This document shows positions 52,231 through 61,482 of a stretch of 64,000 nt of DNA, in pieces. The number at the start of each line of letters is the position of its first letter. The stretch's first letter is position 1. Where the stretch lies: assembly GCA_000004985.1 (NCBI GenBank), contig GG738864.1; one strand, 5' to 3'. The position numbers and the translations under genes are program-made. The stretch comes from Naegleria gruberi (Eukaryota). A model generated the notes under the pieces. That model did no database searches, was not told where the DNA came from, and was given only the letters and a program-made list of their open reading frames with translations.

Positions 52231-54300
52231 CTATCTTGTCTTTTTCTTTAGTTTTTTGGATACTAAAAGTTGTTGCTTTTGAACTTGCATGTTTTCTTGT
52301 GTCCAAAAATCAAAATGCAATAAGGAACTATTCTCTAAACTAGTAGAATTATCAATGATACTGTTGTTTGGGTGATGTTTCAGATATTTGAGACCTGATA
52401 GTGAGGAAATCATGGATGATATTATCAAAGTTTGTAATTTTGGAAGATTTGTTGAAATCTTGCTTCTCAGATCAGGATCTTTGGAACGGAGTGTTGTCTC
52501 CTCATTCTCAAAGTAATAGCCAATGATTTGGAGGGAAATCAAGTTTGGTAGTGCTGGTAATCTTTCTAGTTGAATGTATTGCATTTTCGATTCGAGGTTA
52601 ATGTCATAGGTTGACCATCTTTCAATATGAATGGTGCGTAGTGTTGTTTGACATTCGTATTTGGATAGATCTTTAAGAGCGAGTGATAAATCTCTACCTA
52701 GGGCCTGTATACAATCGAATGAAATATCCTTCATATGATGAAAGTGTTGTATCAGTTTGATGTTATCCACTCCTCGACAATACGAACCAAAGCAATGCAA
52801 TGATTCAAGTTTGATGAATCTTTTCAACAATATCAAGCTTTGAACTTTCTGTAGACTGTCCACTTGTAAATGTTTAAGATTTAAAGGTAATTTTTCAATA
52901 AAGGCATCGAAATCACTTTGAGAATTTCTAAAATCACAATAGTGGTCTATATATTCAACCTTAATGATGGAGAGTGATTGGAGTTGCGAACATTCACATA
53001 ACTGATCCAATACCAAATGCCTTATTTCTGGTGTCAAACTATAAAATTTACAAAAAGAAATGTCAAAATGTTTCAAATTAGTGGGAAATTTCAAATCACA
53101 TTCTAGATCACTCAAAATACATTTGTTCAACGTTATATTTTCCAAATGAGGTAAATTACTTAATATTTCTTTCATGGATCCTTCATAATAGTGAATCTCC
53201 AGTATTGTTAATTTTTGAAAATAACAGAGCTTGATACACCTAGACTCTTGGTCGATAATTCGTAATGATACAATATTTGGATAATCAATTTGAAAGGTTT
53301 CTTCACACAATACAGCATTAGTATGTTCAAAAGACAACTCGGTTAATTTACATGAATTTTTCAAAACCTTGCTAACAAATGTCTTGTATAATTCACAATC
53401 TTTAGCTTCCTCTGCTGTATATTTGATATTTTTCAATGTTAATGATTCAAGATTTTGTAATAGACCAGAAATCACTCCACTTAACAATTCCAATCCACTC
53501 TTTTCATTATCCATTGAATCAAAATCTAAAGCACTACTCATTGCCTGGTTACAAAAAGTTGAAGAATTAATTTCCAAACCTTTAATTCCACTCCAAAATG
53601 TTTCAAAATTTGCAAACAGACAACTTGATTTTGGCCTCAATTTGTTTACACCCTTTTTAGCTCTACTCTTTCCACCTTTCTTCCTATCAAGATTTGTCAA
53701 ATTTCTATGCAAATCCTCATCAATCTTAACCAATAATCCAAGTGGAAAATCCTTCAGTTTATCAAAGACAATCCTCCGCACTCCATTCACAAACTTTCCC
53801 ATAAAAACACTTCTAAAGTATTTCATCCTCTCAATTTCCTCCTTTGATCTGAAATAAAAGTTGAACAATTCATTACTTCCCAATAAGCCTTCCTTCACCT
53901 TCATGAAAGCTCTATGGTACACCTCCTTACAAATATTCAACTCTCTAACTTGACCTGATTCCAAATACATTCCGAATATTGATTCAGACCATCTGTTCAA
54001 AGGCCTAATTTTCAAACAACCTTCTCTTACGGATAAACAATTTAATATTTGATAAATTAATTCTAGTGGCAGATTTTGTAAAATGTTCTTCCCGTGTACA
54101 AACATTATTTCATTCTTGTTTTTAATTGATTTGGATTTGTTTAATTGTTGCTTTTTCCGAGTTGGGTTTTGTTTTTTTCCTTCTTGTTGTTTTCTATTTG
54201 AATGATTTTCTTCATCGTCATATTTTGATAACACACTCCATTGATTTACACTATTGCATCCATCATCATTATCGAAATCATAATCATCAAACAATGACAT
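52231..54300 (-). CDS. F-box / LRR-type protein (RNI-like).
   Basis: ATG at 54300 (aaaaaATG). An acidic/basic N-terminus is followed by an F-box-like segment, ILQNLPLELIYQILNCLSVREGCLKIRPLNRW. The C-terminal roughly 450 aa are irregular LRR-like repeats (LESLTLKNIKYT..., LTELSFEHTNAVL..., LTILEIHYYEGSMKEILSNLPHLENITLNKC...). Confidence 0.65.
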   Translation of the reverse strand: MSLFDDYDFDNDDGCNSVNQWSVLSKYDDEENHSNRKQQEGKKQNPTRKKQQLNKSKSIKNKNEIMFVHGKNILQNLPLELIYQILNCLSVREGCLKIRPLNRWSESIFGMYLESGQVRELNICKEVYHRAFMKVKEGLLGSNELFNFYFRSKEEIERMKYFRSVFMGKFVNGVRRIVFDKLKDFPLGLLVKIDEDLHRNLTNLDRKKGGKSRAKKGVNKLRPKSSCLFANFETFWSGIKGLEINSSTFCNQAMSSALDFDSMDNEKSGLELLSGVISGLLQNLESLTLKNIKYTAEEAKDCELYKTFVSKVLKNSCKLTELSFEHTNAVLCEETFQIDYPNIVSLRIIDQESRCIKLCYFQKLTILEIHYYEGSMKEILSNLPHLENITLNKCILSDLECDLKFPTNLKHFDISFCKFYSLTPEIRHLVLDQLCECSQLQSLSIIKVEYIDHYCDFRNSQSDFDAFIEKLPLNLKHLQVDSLQKVQSLILLKRFIKLESLHCFGSYCRGVDNIKLIQHFHHMKDISFDCIQALGRDLSLALKDLSKYECQTTLRTIHIERWSTYDINLESKMQYIQLERLPALPNLISLQIIGYYFENEETTLRSKDPDLRSKISTNLPKLQTLIISSMISSLSGLKYLKHHPNNSIIDNSTSLENSSLLHFDFWTQENMQVQKQQLLVSKKLKKKTR

Positions 54301-54380
54301 TTTTTAATTAAATAAATAATAAATCTTAATTAAATATTGATGATTATTAATACTAATAATTAATTTATTCCTCAAAAAGA

Positions 54381-54881
54381 TTATCCAATATGATCAGCAG
54401 CTCTTTGATAAAATTGATTATGTTCACTCGTAAAGGAAGGAATCATTTCATGTTCATGTTCCTTAAGAAATTCTTCATCTCCTGCTTGCTTATTTCTCAT
54501 ATAGACAAAACACTTGACAATACTACCAACATTCCATTCCGATGATTCAGGAACAGATGTAACAATCACCTCAATAGGAATTCTATTATAATGTCCAGTA
54601 TCACATCCTTCAAATATATCCAACTCTTCCAAATGTTTGGCATCAACCACTCGGTAAACTTCTCCTTCAATTTGATGACCAATTCCTTCTGAATCAAAAA
54701 GGTATGGTACTTTTCTCTCTCCAGCAACAATCAGTGGATACTTGTTGAGTGTTTTAGCATGGGCCAATAATTTACAACATGGATAGTGGACCATTTTGTG
54801 TTCATAGTTGGCCATTCCTGTTTTCAAAGTTCCGTACACATAGATGAGCGTGCCCATTTCTTCATGTTGTTGTGTTGCCAT
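54381..54881 (-). CDS. Gamma-glutamyl cyclotransferase-like (AIG2/GGACT-fold) protein.
   Basis: ATG at 54881 (aaaaaaaATG). IYVYGTLKTGMANY matches the GGCT-like YxYGSL/TLK.G motif. Length is 166 aa. Confidence 0.7.
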   Translation of the reverse strand: MATQQHEEMGTLIYVYGTLKTGMANYEHKMVHYPCCKLLAHAKTLNKYPLIVAGERKVPYLFDSEGIGHQIEGEVYRVVDAKHLEELDIFEGCDTGHYNRIPIEVIVTSVPESSEWNVGSIVKCFVYMRNKQAGDEEFLKEHEHEMIPSFTSEHNQFYQRAADHIG

Positions 54882-55230
54882 TTTTTTTGAAAGATCTTCA
54901 CTAGTTTTATGAAAGGTGGAGAATCTCTATTGAAAACATGAATACTAATTGTAATCAATGATAATTATTAGTTATGCAACCAACCCATGACCTCCGTGAG
55001 TGTTGACCAAAACAGTGCAACTTAGATCTTGATCTCAACTTAATCGTAATCTCAATTGTTTAACTCCAACTGCAAATTTCCAACTATTCCAATATAGGCT
55101 AAGGAGCAATTTATGCTTGTAATTTGAAGAACCTTTAGAGATTTCACAAGAATTCTTCCAACATCTTAATGAAACATGTTTAATTGTTTAAGGATGTTAA
55201 ATCATCTTTCAAAATACTGAAAGTTCAAGT

Positions 55231-56847
55231 TTACATAATTCTAGCACCTGCATCCCACAAATATTGTAAAATTCTTGTAGCCTTCTCCATGTCACTATGC
55301 AATAGAGCTTTAGAAGCAATTGAAAGAACTGTCCAATTTTCACAATCCTTGTCGTCCAGAGGAGCTCCATTTTCCACCAAAATTTTCACTACCTCTTCAA
55401 ACCCATATTGAACTGCATCCATGAGAGGTGAACGTAAGTTTCCATCTCCTTTCAAATTGTAACCCAGTGAGATTAAATGACGAATATTGTCAAGCTTATT
55501 ATTCCACATGGCATATTCGAAAGCTTGCTTCTTAAGAATGTCAAATTGAGGATTGGCAGCAATATAATCCTTAAATGATTCCACTTCACACATTCCCGCT
55601 GTTTTCAAGAATAACTCTTCATTGTCCAAGTGAAGAGTTACCACTTGTTTAGTCAATATTACACGACTTTTGTGAGATTTTAGAATAATCCCAAGAGGTG
55701 AATGATCAGGAATTGATACTGGAACAATTTCAGGCATTTCTTCAACAATTCCTCTCTTTACCATGCAAACATTTTCATCAGTTTCAAAGATGGACTTGCT
55801 GATAGAAACTGAATTATACTCGATAATGTCGTCAATGTCTTGGACAGAGAATTGAACTTTGAGACATGGATATGAGTCCATATCAGCAAAATTAATATAA
55901 AACCAATTAGCATAACCAAAGTATTCATTTCTTTCCTCTGAGGAAACACTTTCCATAACCAACTTATCATTGGTGAACATTGGAAGAATACTATTCAATG
56001 CAAGACCTTCCTCCAATGAGAATATTTTCCTATCAACCATATCAACAATCATATTCAACACTTTGGCAACGTTAGTAAATGCCTCAAATCCATGCTTTGA
56101 TGAATCAACAAGTGCCAAAATCTCTGGACACTTTCTATTCCAATAGTGAGCTCCAAGTGTGTAGGCAAATGGCTTTTCACTCGGATCAAAACCCTTATTA
56201 AAATCAAATATCAGCTTGATAGAATGTCCCCCTCCTCTAACATCATCAAAGAAATCCATTCCAGGTCTAACAATTTCATGTTCACAATAATATTCAAATC
56301 GACTTTCCAAATTCTCAGTCAAACAATCGTGCAACTCTTTTTCCTTTCTTTCCTGCAATTGAGCCTTCAACAACTCCAACTTGAGCTTTTTAGCACTGGA
56401 AAATCTTCCCTTCAATTGTTGTTTTTGTGAAGTTAGATCTAACTTTCTCTTTAATGAAGTAGTATCATTACCATCTGAAAATAATTGTTGCTGATTATTG
56501 GTGCTGCTAATAGATGATTTTTCGTCTTCTTGATCATCATTCTCAATATTTTCCCAATCGGAATCATCTTGATCAAGTAATTCTTCAATCTTTTTCGTGT
56601 AATTGGAAAATTTGGAAAAGATATCATCACCATGCCATGGAGCATATAATTGTGGCACATAGCATGTTTTCCATTCCTCTTTCGAATAATAGTCGTATAA
56701 TTCCTTTCGATATTCATTCACAGAGGCACCTCTCTGGTCCAACTCTGCGAACTTTTGCAAAACTTCAACGGAAGGTCGAGGTTTTGGATTTTGATATTTG
56801 CTATTACGTAGTGGAGGCATTTTTCTATCAATTGCTTTTAAAATCAT
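55231..56847 (-). CDS. Hypothetical protein with C-terminal ankyrin repeats.
   Basis: The ORF is open to 56937 without an ATG. The first in-frame ATG is at about 56847 (MILKAIDRK...). C-terminal ANK-like repeats are present (GNLRSPLMDAVQYGFEEVVKILVENGAPLDDKDCENWTVLSIA...). The acidic middle region (DQDDSDWENIENDDQEDE) is low complexity. Confidence 0.5.
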   Translation of the reverse strand: MILKAIDRKMPPLRNSKYQNPKPRPSVEVLQKFAELDQRGASVNEYRKELYDYYSKEEWKTCYVPQLYAPWHGDDIFSKFSNYTKKIEELLDQDDSDWENIENDDQEDEKSSISSTNNQQQLFSDGNDTTSLKRKLDLTSQKQQLKGRFSSAKKLKLELLKAQLQERKEKELHDCLTENLESRFEYYCEHEIVRPGMDFFDDVRGGGHSIKLIFDFNKGFDPSEKPFAYTLGAHYWNRKCPEILALVDSSKHGFEAFTNVAKVLNMIVDMVDRKIFSLEEGLALNSILPMFTNDKLVMESVSSEERNEYFGYANWFYINFADMDSYPCLKVQFSVQDIDDIIEYNSVSISKSIFETDENVCMVKRGIVEEMPEIVPVSIPDHSPLGIILKSHKSRVILTKQVVTLHLDNEELFLKTAGMCEVESFKDYIAANPQFDILKKQAFEYAMWNNKLDNIRHLISLGYNLKGDGNLRSPLMDAVQYGFEEVVKILVENGAPLDDKDCENWTVLSIASKALLHSDMEKATRILQYLWDAGARIM

Positions 56848-56929
56848 GTCTTGATTTTCCTGCGTTTGCTGGTTTAATTGACTGTTTACAATGATGTTTT
56901 CACAGTCAACTGGCAAGCTATTAAAAAAA

Positions 56930-57781
56930 ATGAGCAAACGAAATAGAAAAGATTTTGAAAATATTCAATTGACTAATTCGGAGGAAATAGACTTCACTAG
57001 TAATAATAACAATATATTGGAAGAGAAATCAAAAACAATTGTAAAACTCGAACATCAACAACAGGAAATATTTTCCGATGATATTTGCTTTGAAATAATT
57101 TCCATGATTGATGATTCGTGGTTTATTCTAAATAATTGCTCATTAATTTCAAAACAATTCTTTAATGTGATCAAGGAACGTTCAAAACTCGATATTGAAT
57201 TTACAAAAGAATTAACAGAGAAACGAGTTGAATTATTCATGAAAAGTCAATTTGTGAATAGTATTGTTAATGTTAGATTTTCTAACTATTTTCTTGAACA
57301 AGTCAAGTTCATCAGTGAAATGAAACAATTGACATCACTTGATATTTCTTACCATAATATTGGTGATGAAGGAGCCAAATACATAAGTGAAATGAACCAA
57401 TTGACATCACTTAATATTGCTACCAATCGAATTAGTGATGAAGGAGCTAAATTCATCAGTGAAATGAAACAATTGATAATACTTGATATTTATGAAAATG
57501 AAACTGGTGTAGAAGGAGCCAAATACATAAGTGAAATGAAACAATTGACATCACTTAATATTTATGAAAATGAAATTGGGGATGAAGGAGCTAAATACAT
57601 CAGTAAAATGAAACAATTAATATCACTTAATATTGCTAACAATCGAATTGGTGTAGAAGGAGCCAAATTCATCAGTGAAATGAACCAATTGACATCACTT
57701 TATATTTATGGCAATGAAATTGGTGATGAAGGAGCCAAACTCATCAATGAAATGAAACAATTAATATCACAAATACTATAA
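56930..57781 (+). CDS. Leucine-rich-repeat protein (RNI-like / LRR_6 type) with near-identical tandem 24-residue repeats.
   Basis: The ORF is open from 56891. The likely start is 56930 (aaaaaaaATGagc; MSKRNRKDFENIQL...). Eight or more repeats of ISEMKQLTSL(D/N)I..N.IGDEGAKYI are encoded by roughly 72-bp tandem DNA repeats at 57290-57780. Confidence 0.6.
   Translation: MSKRNRKDFENIQLTNSEEIDFTSNNNNILEEKSKTIVKLEHQQQEIFSDDICFEIISMIDDSWFILNNCSLISKQFFNVIKERSKLDIEFTKELTEKRVELFMKSQFVNSIVNVRFSNYFLEQVKFISEMKQLTSLDISYHNIGDEGAKYISEMNQLTSLNIATNRISDEGAKFISEMKQLIILDIYENETGVEGAKYISEMKQLTSLNIYENEIGDEGAKYISKMKQLISLNIANNRIGVEGAKFISEMNQLTSLYIYGNEIGDEGAKLINEMKQLISQIL
57290..57780 (+). repeat. Coding tandem repeat, about 72 bp by about 7 copies (LRR units).
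   Basis: The unit 'tcagtgaaatgaaacaattgacatcacttaatatt...ggtgatgaaggagccaaatacata' recurs with few substitutions. Confidence 0.6.
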
Positions 57782-57880
57782 CTGAATGACCGCATTGCTT
57801 TGAAATGTTGCTTTTTAAAAATTGGAATTTTTAATATTCAATTGAAGATTATTACTTTTATTAATTTGTTTTCATAAGAT

Positions 57881-59086
57881 TTAAGAGTAGATTTGCAAAT
57901 TCAAGCAATTTGTAACAAAACTCTCAGCAGAAACTGGAAGGGCATTTAAAAATCTCAAACCAGCATAAACAAAGGAATTATTCAAATCAATGACACGTTC
58001 ATTCTTGATCAATCCACCTAAGATCAAGTTGGCTGCATGGTTTGAATGAATTGAGCCAGGGATCTTGTCCAAATTCTTGATAGTTTCTCCCATTCTTGTA
58101 TCAGTGACACCAGCAGGATTGACAACATGTAAAACTAATTGTTTTTGATTGGCGTACTTTCTGCTCATTTCCTTAAAGTTTCTAACCACATCGGAAGAGC
58201 TATAATCCAAATTATTCTCATGTTGATTTTGATTGTCATTGTTATTGAGAATGAATTGGAACATTCTGGAGAATTCGAATAGGAAAGTTTTGGTAATTCC
58301 ATAAGGACCCATCAATTTTCCATGATAACCAGCTCCACTTGCAACAACTACAACATGTTTAGGCAATCTAGAATCAATATTTCTATTCTTGGCTTGTTTC
58401 ATTGCAGGCAAAACTGTATTCAATGTACCAAAAATGTTGACTTGGAATTCTTGATAAATTACATCTTCTTCATCTTGAATGTTTTCTCCTTTTTTATCGG
58501 TTTTACCGCCATTTTGAGAAGAGAATTCTCTGGAAAGGATTTGAGAATTGGTTGCTGCACTGGCAATAACCATATCATAATCTTGTTCAGTGACAACTTT
58601 CTCAATTTCCTTTCTGTCACAAATGTCACAATCTCTAACTTGAATGTCAACTAATTCTTTCAAGTTTCTACTGGAAAAGGTTGAGTAAATTTCCTCTCTA
58701 ACCCTTTCTAATTTATCCAAATTTCTAGAAACAAGAGTGAGTGTTTTCTTTTCATTTGAAACTTGACCAAGTTTAGTTCTCTTTTGAATCAACCATTGAT
58801 TGCAAATTGACTTGGCAAGTGACAAACCAATTCCACAACTTGCTCCAGTAATGAGAATACTGTTGGAATCCAAGGTTGGAGTTTGCTCACTAACAGAGAG
58901 AGTCAATTGATAGAAGAATCTGAAAAACTGAACCATCAAATTGAGGAATGAAACTGCTGGATAGAGAGTGACCACGAAAACGAATTCGAATAATTCATTG
59001 ATGAGGTGGCTTGGGCAAATTACATCATCTCTATTGAAGAGGTAATGTTTGATGTTGTTGAGAATGATTCTTGGAGAAGTGTCCAT
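57881..59086 (-). CDS. Short-chain dehydrogenase/reductase (SDR) with an N-terminal hydrophobic segment.
   Basis: ATG at 59086. The Rossmann motif is ILITGASCGIGLSLAKS (TGxxxGxG). The active-site region is VVVASGAGYHGKLMGPYGITKTFL (S...YxxxK). An N-terminal helix (VVTLYPAVSFLNLMVQFF) suggests a membrane or ER anchor. Confidence 0.75.
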   Translation of the reverse strand: MDTSPRIILNNIKHYLFNRDDVICPSHLINELFEFVFVVTLYPAVSFLNLMVQFFRFFYQLTLSVSEQTPTLDSNSILITGASCGIGLSLAKSICNQWLIQKRTKLGQVSNEKKTLTLVSRNLDKLERVREEIYSTFSSRNLKELVDIQVRDCDICDRKEIEKVVTEQDYDMVIASAATNSQILSREFSSQNGGKTDKKGENIQDEEDVIYQEFQVNIFGTLNTVLPAMKQAKNRNIDSRLPKHVVVVASGAGYHGKLMGPYGITKTFLFEFSRMFQFILNNNDNQNQHENNLDYSSSDVVRNFKEMSRKYANQKQLVLHVVNPAGVTDTRMGETIKNLDKIPGSIHSNHAANLILGGLIKNERVIDLNNSFVYAGLRFLNALPVSAESFVTNCLNLQIYS

Positions 59087-59239
59087 TGAATTTGAATTAT
59101 TTTTTAAAGATGGGAATGGTAATGGAGAAGATATGTGTTCGATTTAAAGAGATTTTATGGTTTGAATTAGGCCAGAAATGTGATATGGCCTTAATGTTTG
59201 AAGAACCCAAATTGTATAATTTAGAAGTAATGAATGTAA

Positions 59240-59245
59240 GGGGTT

Positions 59246-59276
<31 letters not shown>

Positions 59277-59312
59277 TGCAGAAGGTCTAGGGTTCGATTC
59301 CCTATGACTCCA
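59240..59312 (+). tRNA. tRNA-Ala (anticodon UGC).
   Basis: GGGGTTATAGCTCAGTTGGTAGAGCGTCTGCTTTGCATGCAGAAGGTCTAGGGTTCGATTCCCTATGACTCCA, 73 nt, cloverleaf-compatible. The acceptor stem is GGGGTTA/TGACTCC with the G3:U70 wobble that is the alanine identity element. The anticodon loop is CTTTGCATG (TGC). The T-arm is GGTTCGATTCC. Discriminator A. No CCA is encoded. Confidence 0.9.
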
Positions 59313-59313
59313 C

Positions 59314-59317
59314 TTTT
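59314..59317 (+). terminator. Pol III oligo-T terminator after tRNA-Ala.
   Basis: TTTT immediately (2 nt) downstream of the tRNA 3' end, with a second T-run at about 59322-59325. Confidence 0.5.
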
Positions 59318-59633
59318 GCTATTTTGATTAGTGTAATAAGGAAGCAAACTCCGTTGGCAACGAACGGAGTATGAGGACAAACTATGACATTCATTATTAC
59401 AACAATATGATTTAACTGTTGAGTTTCGTTTTTACAATACTTGAATTCTGCGTGAAAGGAGAAACTTATTTTGGAAGTGTATATTTTCTGAAAGGAACCT
59501 TGTTTTTCTTGAATATGCACGTGCTTACGGAGAAACTTCTTCCAGGAGTTAATGTTTCCCCCAAGGCACATATTGTCATAATAGCTATAATTGACCAGAC
59601 AATGCATTGATATTATTGAAATATTGAAAAAAA

Positions 59634-60004
59634 TGTCTCGTTCATTGTTTCTTACAAGCAGAACTTGTTTAATTGCCTTAGTTGCTGTCCTCTTGGTTTC
59701 TTCATTCCTATCTGAAACAGTTATTGGTTTCGAATGTAACCAAGTTGACTGTCCTCCTGGTTATGACTATTGTGCATGCAGAGGATTCACATGCTCATGT
59801 TCTCGTTATCCTCAACAACAAGCAAACATGGTCGAAAAGAAAATTCCTGTCAGGGAAAGAAGTTGTGGAACTGAAGTTTGCGGAGAAAATTGTTATTGTA
59901 ATGGATATGAATTCAAATGTGTTTGTCCATTTGAAAAAGCAGACACATATGAAAATGTTGCTGAGAATGAATTGTTTGATGCCATCTATGATGAAGAAGA
60001 GTAA
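59634..60004 (+). CDS. Small secreted cysteine-rich protein.
   Basis: ATG at 59634 (aaaaaaATG). The signal peptide is MSRSLFLTSRTCLIALVAVLLVSS. The mature region holds about 14 Cys in C..C/CxC patterns (ECNQVDCPPGYDYCACRGFTCSCS...CGTEVCGENCYCNGYEFKCVCP). The C-terminus is acidic. Confidence 0.5.
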
Positions 60005-60102
60005 ATGTGTGGCATTCAGATAGAATATTAGAAACAATAATAAACAAATTGTTGTTTCGAAATGCAATTCTAGCTTTTAATGAACTTTATATTTCAAAAA
60101 AA

Positions 60103-61404
60103 ATGGCCAAACTTGAGAGTATTTTCGATTTACTTATCAATTATTCGGAAGAAACACCAGAAATACAACCGACTACTCTATTCGATTCTCTTCCAGACGA
60201 AATCATTCAACTCATTCTGACCTTTCTCCTTCCCGACTACCATACCATCACCCAACAACCAAAGTGGTGGAAGAAATACTTCCACACCAACGATCCAAAT
60301 CTAAAACATGAACATTTCGACCCTGGAAATCCCGAAACTCTTCTCACACTCCTCAGTTTTGCAAGTTTAAACAAGTTTCGTTTCAGAATTGAGTTTAATG
60401 AATATTTCCATGAAATGTTCAATGCCTCTTTCAAAATCAATGCTCTCCTCTCTACTAAAGCGAATCCAGACTCTGGCAATATGACCTACCAGGGTGATTG
60501 GGGAAATCTATTGAGAGAGGCAAATTTATTTGGAAGATATTATTTGGCGAAGGAGATTGGATGTTTGACTCAATTGGAAGATGATGATTCGGATGGTAGT
60601 GTGAATTTACCTTGGGAAATGGTTGATATTGGAGAGGAGGAGGATATTGATGAATATATGAGAAATCAAATGAAATTATTGGAAACTAGATATGAGGAAG
60701 AGGAGGATTATTTGATTCGTTATTTGGTTGAAATGTTTGGAATTAAGAGAGAATTTCAACCCCATTTCACATCAACTGTTTTGGTAGAAACAATTTCTGA
60801 TTCGAATAAATTGGATATGAGTGGGAAATCATTGGAAGTACATATAAGCTCAAATATAGATTCTCAATTTTGGACTGAATGGGAAAGTAAATGGTATGAT
60901 AGATTGAAATCCTTTATTTTCGCCACCATTACAATTGACAAATCCTTCCCAATTGAACCAATTACTTTTCCTGATAATATTATTGAATTGAATATTGTGA
61001 CCAAAACTAATTCCAATCCACAATTTATCTTCCCAAATGTCAGAAAACTGACCATAACAGCATATGATTCAAACTCTTTACATTTTATTAACAGGACATC
61101 GTTTCCAAAACTAACTAATCTTAAACTAACCATTCCAATAGAAACACGACTCAATAATAGAGAAATATTTAACGAATTGGATAGTCTTTGTGTTGAGTAT
61201 AATTATTTCGAGTATTTAAATGAGGATGTTGAGGATTTCCTGAATTTGAAACCAAAACATTTATTAACTTATCAATATGCACTCAATCCAAAAAAAGAAC
61301 TAAATCAAATTCCAAGATTATACAATCATGGTGAATATAATAATATTAGAGTTTCACTCAGTGATGCCACACTCGGCACTTTTTATTCCATGACCTATGA
61401 ATGA
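60103..61404 (+). CDS. F-box-like domain protein. Hypothetical.
   Basis: The ORF is open from 60007. The likely ATG is at 60103 (aaaaaaaATGgcc; MAKLESIFDLL...). The F-box-like motif is LFDSLPDEIIQLILTFLLPD. The remainder is unassigned, with weak LRR-like periodicity (LTITAYDSNSLHFINRTSFPKLTNLKLTIP). Confidence 0.5.
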   Translation: MAKLESIFDLLINYSEETPEIQPTTLFDSLPDEIIQLILTFLLPDYHTITQQPKWWKKYFHTNDPNLKHEHFDPGNPETLLTLLSFASLNKFRFRIEFNEYFHEMFNASFKINALLSTKANPDSGNMTYQGDWGNLLREANLFGRYYLAKEIGCLTQLEDDDSDGSVNLPWEMVDIGEEEDIDEYMRNQMKLLETRYEEEEDYLIRYLVEMFGIKREFQPHFTSTVLVETISDSNKLDMSGKSLEVHISSNIDSQFWTEWESKWYDRLKSFIFATITIDKSFPIEPITFPDNIIELNIVTKTNSNPQFIFPNVRKLTITAYDSNSLHFINRTSFPKLTNLKLTIPIETRLNNREIFNELDSLCVEYNYFEYLNEDVEDFLNLKPKHLLTYQYALNPKKELNQIPRLYNHGEYNNIRVSLSDATLGTFYSMTYE

Positions 61405-61482
61405 GGTGAGCAAATATTCGAAATCAAAGTAAACTCAATTTATTGTAAACTTGTGAACTTGGAATAAAAAACCCCAAAAAAA

